Translations under genes and position numbers: made by a program
The notes under the pieces: generated by a model
What the model saw: the letters and a program-made list of their open reading frames with translations, nothing else
The model's database searches: none
What the model was told of the DNA's origin: nothing
Shown here: piece by piece, positions 61,767 through 64,000 of the stretch
Position numbering within the stretch: position 1 is the first letter of the stretch
Layout: every line of letters starts with the position of its first letter
Assembly: GCA_043228905.1 (NCBI GenBank)
Contig: JBHGNT010000017.1
Coordinates: forward strand, 11,222,001 to 11,286,000
Length of the DNA: 64,000 nucleotides
Direction of reading: 5' to 3'
Origin: Azolla caroliniana
Lineage: Eukaryota; Plantae; Polypodiophyta

Positions 61767-63675
61767 TGATGGCCAATAGGTTGCATAAGGTTTTACCTTC
61801 TATTATTCATAATGCTCAATATGGGTTTTTAGCAAAAAGAGACATTTTACATAATATTTTAAATGTTCAAATGGCAATTGACTATGCAAAGGAGTCTAAA
61901 CAAGAATTAGTGTTGCTACAATTGGATATCGAGAAAGCCTATGATAATGTGGATTGGTCATTTATAAATCAATTGATGTCTCATATGGGTTTTGGTGATC
62001 GTATGTCTAAGTTGATATACACATTAGGGGAGGGTTCGGTTTCACATGTGATGTTTAATGGAGGAGTAACCCAACCAATTTCTATTCGGAGGTCAGTTAG
62101 ACAAGGATGCCCGGTAAGTCCTTTACTATTCACTATTGTGACACATCCTATTCTTGTTAAGTTATGGCTATGGGGGAAGAATTGCTTGGACTAAGGTTGC
62201 CATCAGGGAAGCCATGTATTGTTCAAGCTCTCACAGATGATCATATTATGTTTTTGGCACCTAATCGGGAAAATATTAGTAAGACAAGAGATGTGTGGGA
62301 ATTGTTTTCAAATGCTTCGGGGTTGAGAATTAATATACATAAATCTGTCCTCATTTCATGTACAGAACAAGATGTGTTAGGGTTGGGGTGGTCAGGAAGG
62401 ATAGTACATCGTGGTATGATTTGTCGTCATCTTGGATATCCAATTGGGGTGGAAGTTTCTCATGTGAAACTTATTGAGTGGGTATCCAAAAGGTTGGAGG
62501 ATAAGTTTATGTATTGGAGGTCTCAATTTTGGCCTTTTCATGTACGACTTAAGGTGTTCCAATTGATTATGGTCTCTATGGTATCTTATTATCTTCCTTT
62601 GCTCCCATGGTCAAAGAAAGCTCTTGAAATGTTGTCACGCTCGATGCGAATGTTGTTATGGAAAAGAAAAGGGAAAAGTGCCTTGTCATGGTTGGCATGG
62701 GATCATGTTTGTACTCCGGAGCGTCTTGGTGGGGCATCAATATTGAATCTATATGAGCATATGGTGGCTCGTCGATTTACTTTCATTCGATTCATGTTTG
62801 AAGGTGTACAACCTTGGACAGAAATGGTGGCATACTTTATAGAGAAGAACGGAATAAAGCTTGGAAACATGAAGGTTGAAGTGAATTGGTGGAATGTAAT
62901 TAATTCTGACAGGGATGTCAAATGTACAGGGTCTATGATAGTTAATCATTTGTTGACATCTTGGCAAAGTATGTTGGATTTTGTGGAATGGCATCCCCCA
63001 CAAGAAAGGGGATGTGCCAATTCATTACAAATGGAGGTTTTGGCAACATCAAGGTTGTTGAGGTGGGAAGGTAAACAAATTCTTAACCTTCAATTTAATC
63101 GGATGGCTAGATTGGGTTTGGTAAGAGTTAAGGATGCTATGTTGGTTTCACAAAGAAGATTAATGGCTTTTCGAACAATAAGATCAACATTTCGTATTCC
63201 AAAAGGTTATAACTTTATTTGGGATAAGTTGCAACAAATACTATCTTCGCATGAGCCAATTCCTAATTTAGATGGGGGATCTCAAGAGCTTGATTGGAGG
63301 TTTGTTGGAAATAAGAGATTGACTATGATCTCAACGAATGTTGCTTATCACAAGTTGATTGACAAACATAAGTGGTTGGAAGAAAGGGTTATAAAGATAT
63401 GGGGTTTTCATAAGCCCATTACTTGGTGGTTTCATGTGATCAAGGCAGGTTGGTGTTCTCGATTGATGCTACGAGCCAAGGTATTTATTTGGAGAGTTAT
63501 GGTTGGAGCTTTACCATTAGGGGATGCATTAAAAAGAAGAAACATTACTAAAGGATTGTGTTTCTTTTGTTCGGTGGAATTGGAACATAGTAGGCATCAA
63601 TTTATTTCATGCCCGATGGCAAGGATGGTTTGGAGGTGTATCAGTTTAGTGTGGATGTCTCTAACAGGAGTAAGT
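61767..63675 (+). pseudogene. LINE C ORF2 RT and zf-RVT part
   Basis: QYGF, LDIEKAYD, RQGCPVSPLLF, ALTDD (aberrant catalytic motif), HLGYPIG. Confidence 0.9.
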
Positions 63676-63756
63676 CCTATTGTAGAAGAGAAAGAAGAAG
63701 TAAAAGAGAAAGAAGAAGAAATCGATGATGATATGGGATTCTCATTGTTTGATTAA
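63676..63756 (+). pseudogene. 60S acidic ribosomal protein (P1/P2-type) C-terminal fragment fused in frame to LINE ORF2
   Basis: PIVEEKEEVKEKEEEIDDDMGFSLFD* matches the conserved P-stalk terminus (S)DDDMGFSLFD. Confidence 0.85.
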
Positions 63757-64000
63757 AATTAATTAATTCAACTATCCGAGTAGAAGTAGCATCTTTTTGT
63801 TTGCATTTTTTATCGGCCTTTTCCATTTTATTGATTCTAAACACCGGGACATTTGAAACAGGTAATATGTCGCATTCTCTTTTTCACATCTTGAGGAGAT
63901 GTTAAAATATGCCTTATTTTAGCAGAATTTCAAAAAGGTACCACGCATGTGTACATGGTTCCTTAAAACATAGCAAAAATTTCAACTAAATAATTTTATG

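Larger units (their letters stand above)
47423..63675 (+). mobile_element. L1-clade LINE (LINE C), interrupted by two copia elements, with its 3' end replaced
   Basis: ORF1 47690-49044; ORF2 from 49041 (TTWNVRGL), GDFN, RLDR, SDHFP, WRPISL, LDIEKAYD, RQGCPVSP, zf-RVT CFFC...HQFISC; 5' boundary approximate. Confidence 0.9.

Overview
Repeat-rich plant nuclear DNA. A seed-free plant such as a fern is likely; this is inferred from an apparently unedited plastid accD insert and the TE repertoire. There is one host gene, an 11-exon DUF639-family gene (24225-28443, +). The rest is nested mobile DNA. L1-type LINE A (1825-16782, -) has a 15-bp TSD and is split by a 9.6-kb Ty3/gypsy element with a long extra 3' ORF. 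Several copia remnants, a 5'-truncated LINE and an accD NUPT follow. A Tc1/mariner-type non-autonomous element lies at 44142-45225. L1 LINE C (about 47423-63756, +) is interrupted by two inverted copies of one copia family, and its ORF2 ends in frame in a ribosomal P-stalk peptide (DDDMGFSLFD). The most unusual item is a 9.9-kb Sola2-type DNA transposon (34010-43956; GGG...CCC TIRs, ATAT TSD). It carries an intron-containing transposase, a spliced RING-H2 cargo gene and an FCP1/NIF-like pseudo-phosphatase ORF. Two of its introns, 848 and 847 bp, are filled with the palindrome TAGCTAATTAGCTA. It also has a telobox array and an 83-bp tandem array. All family assignments come from motif recognition by eye, not database searches.
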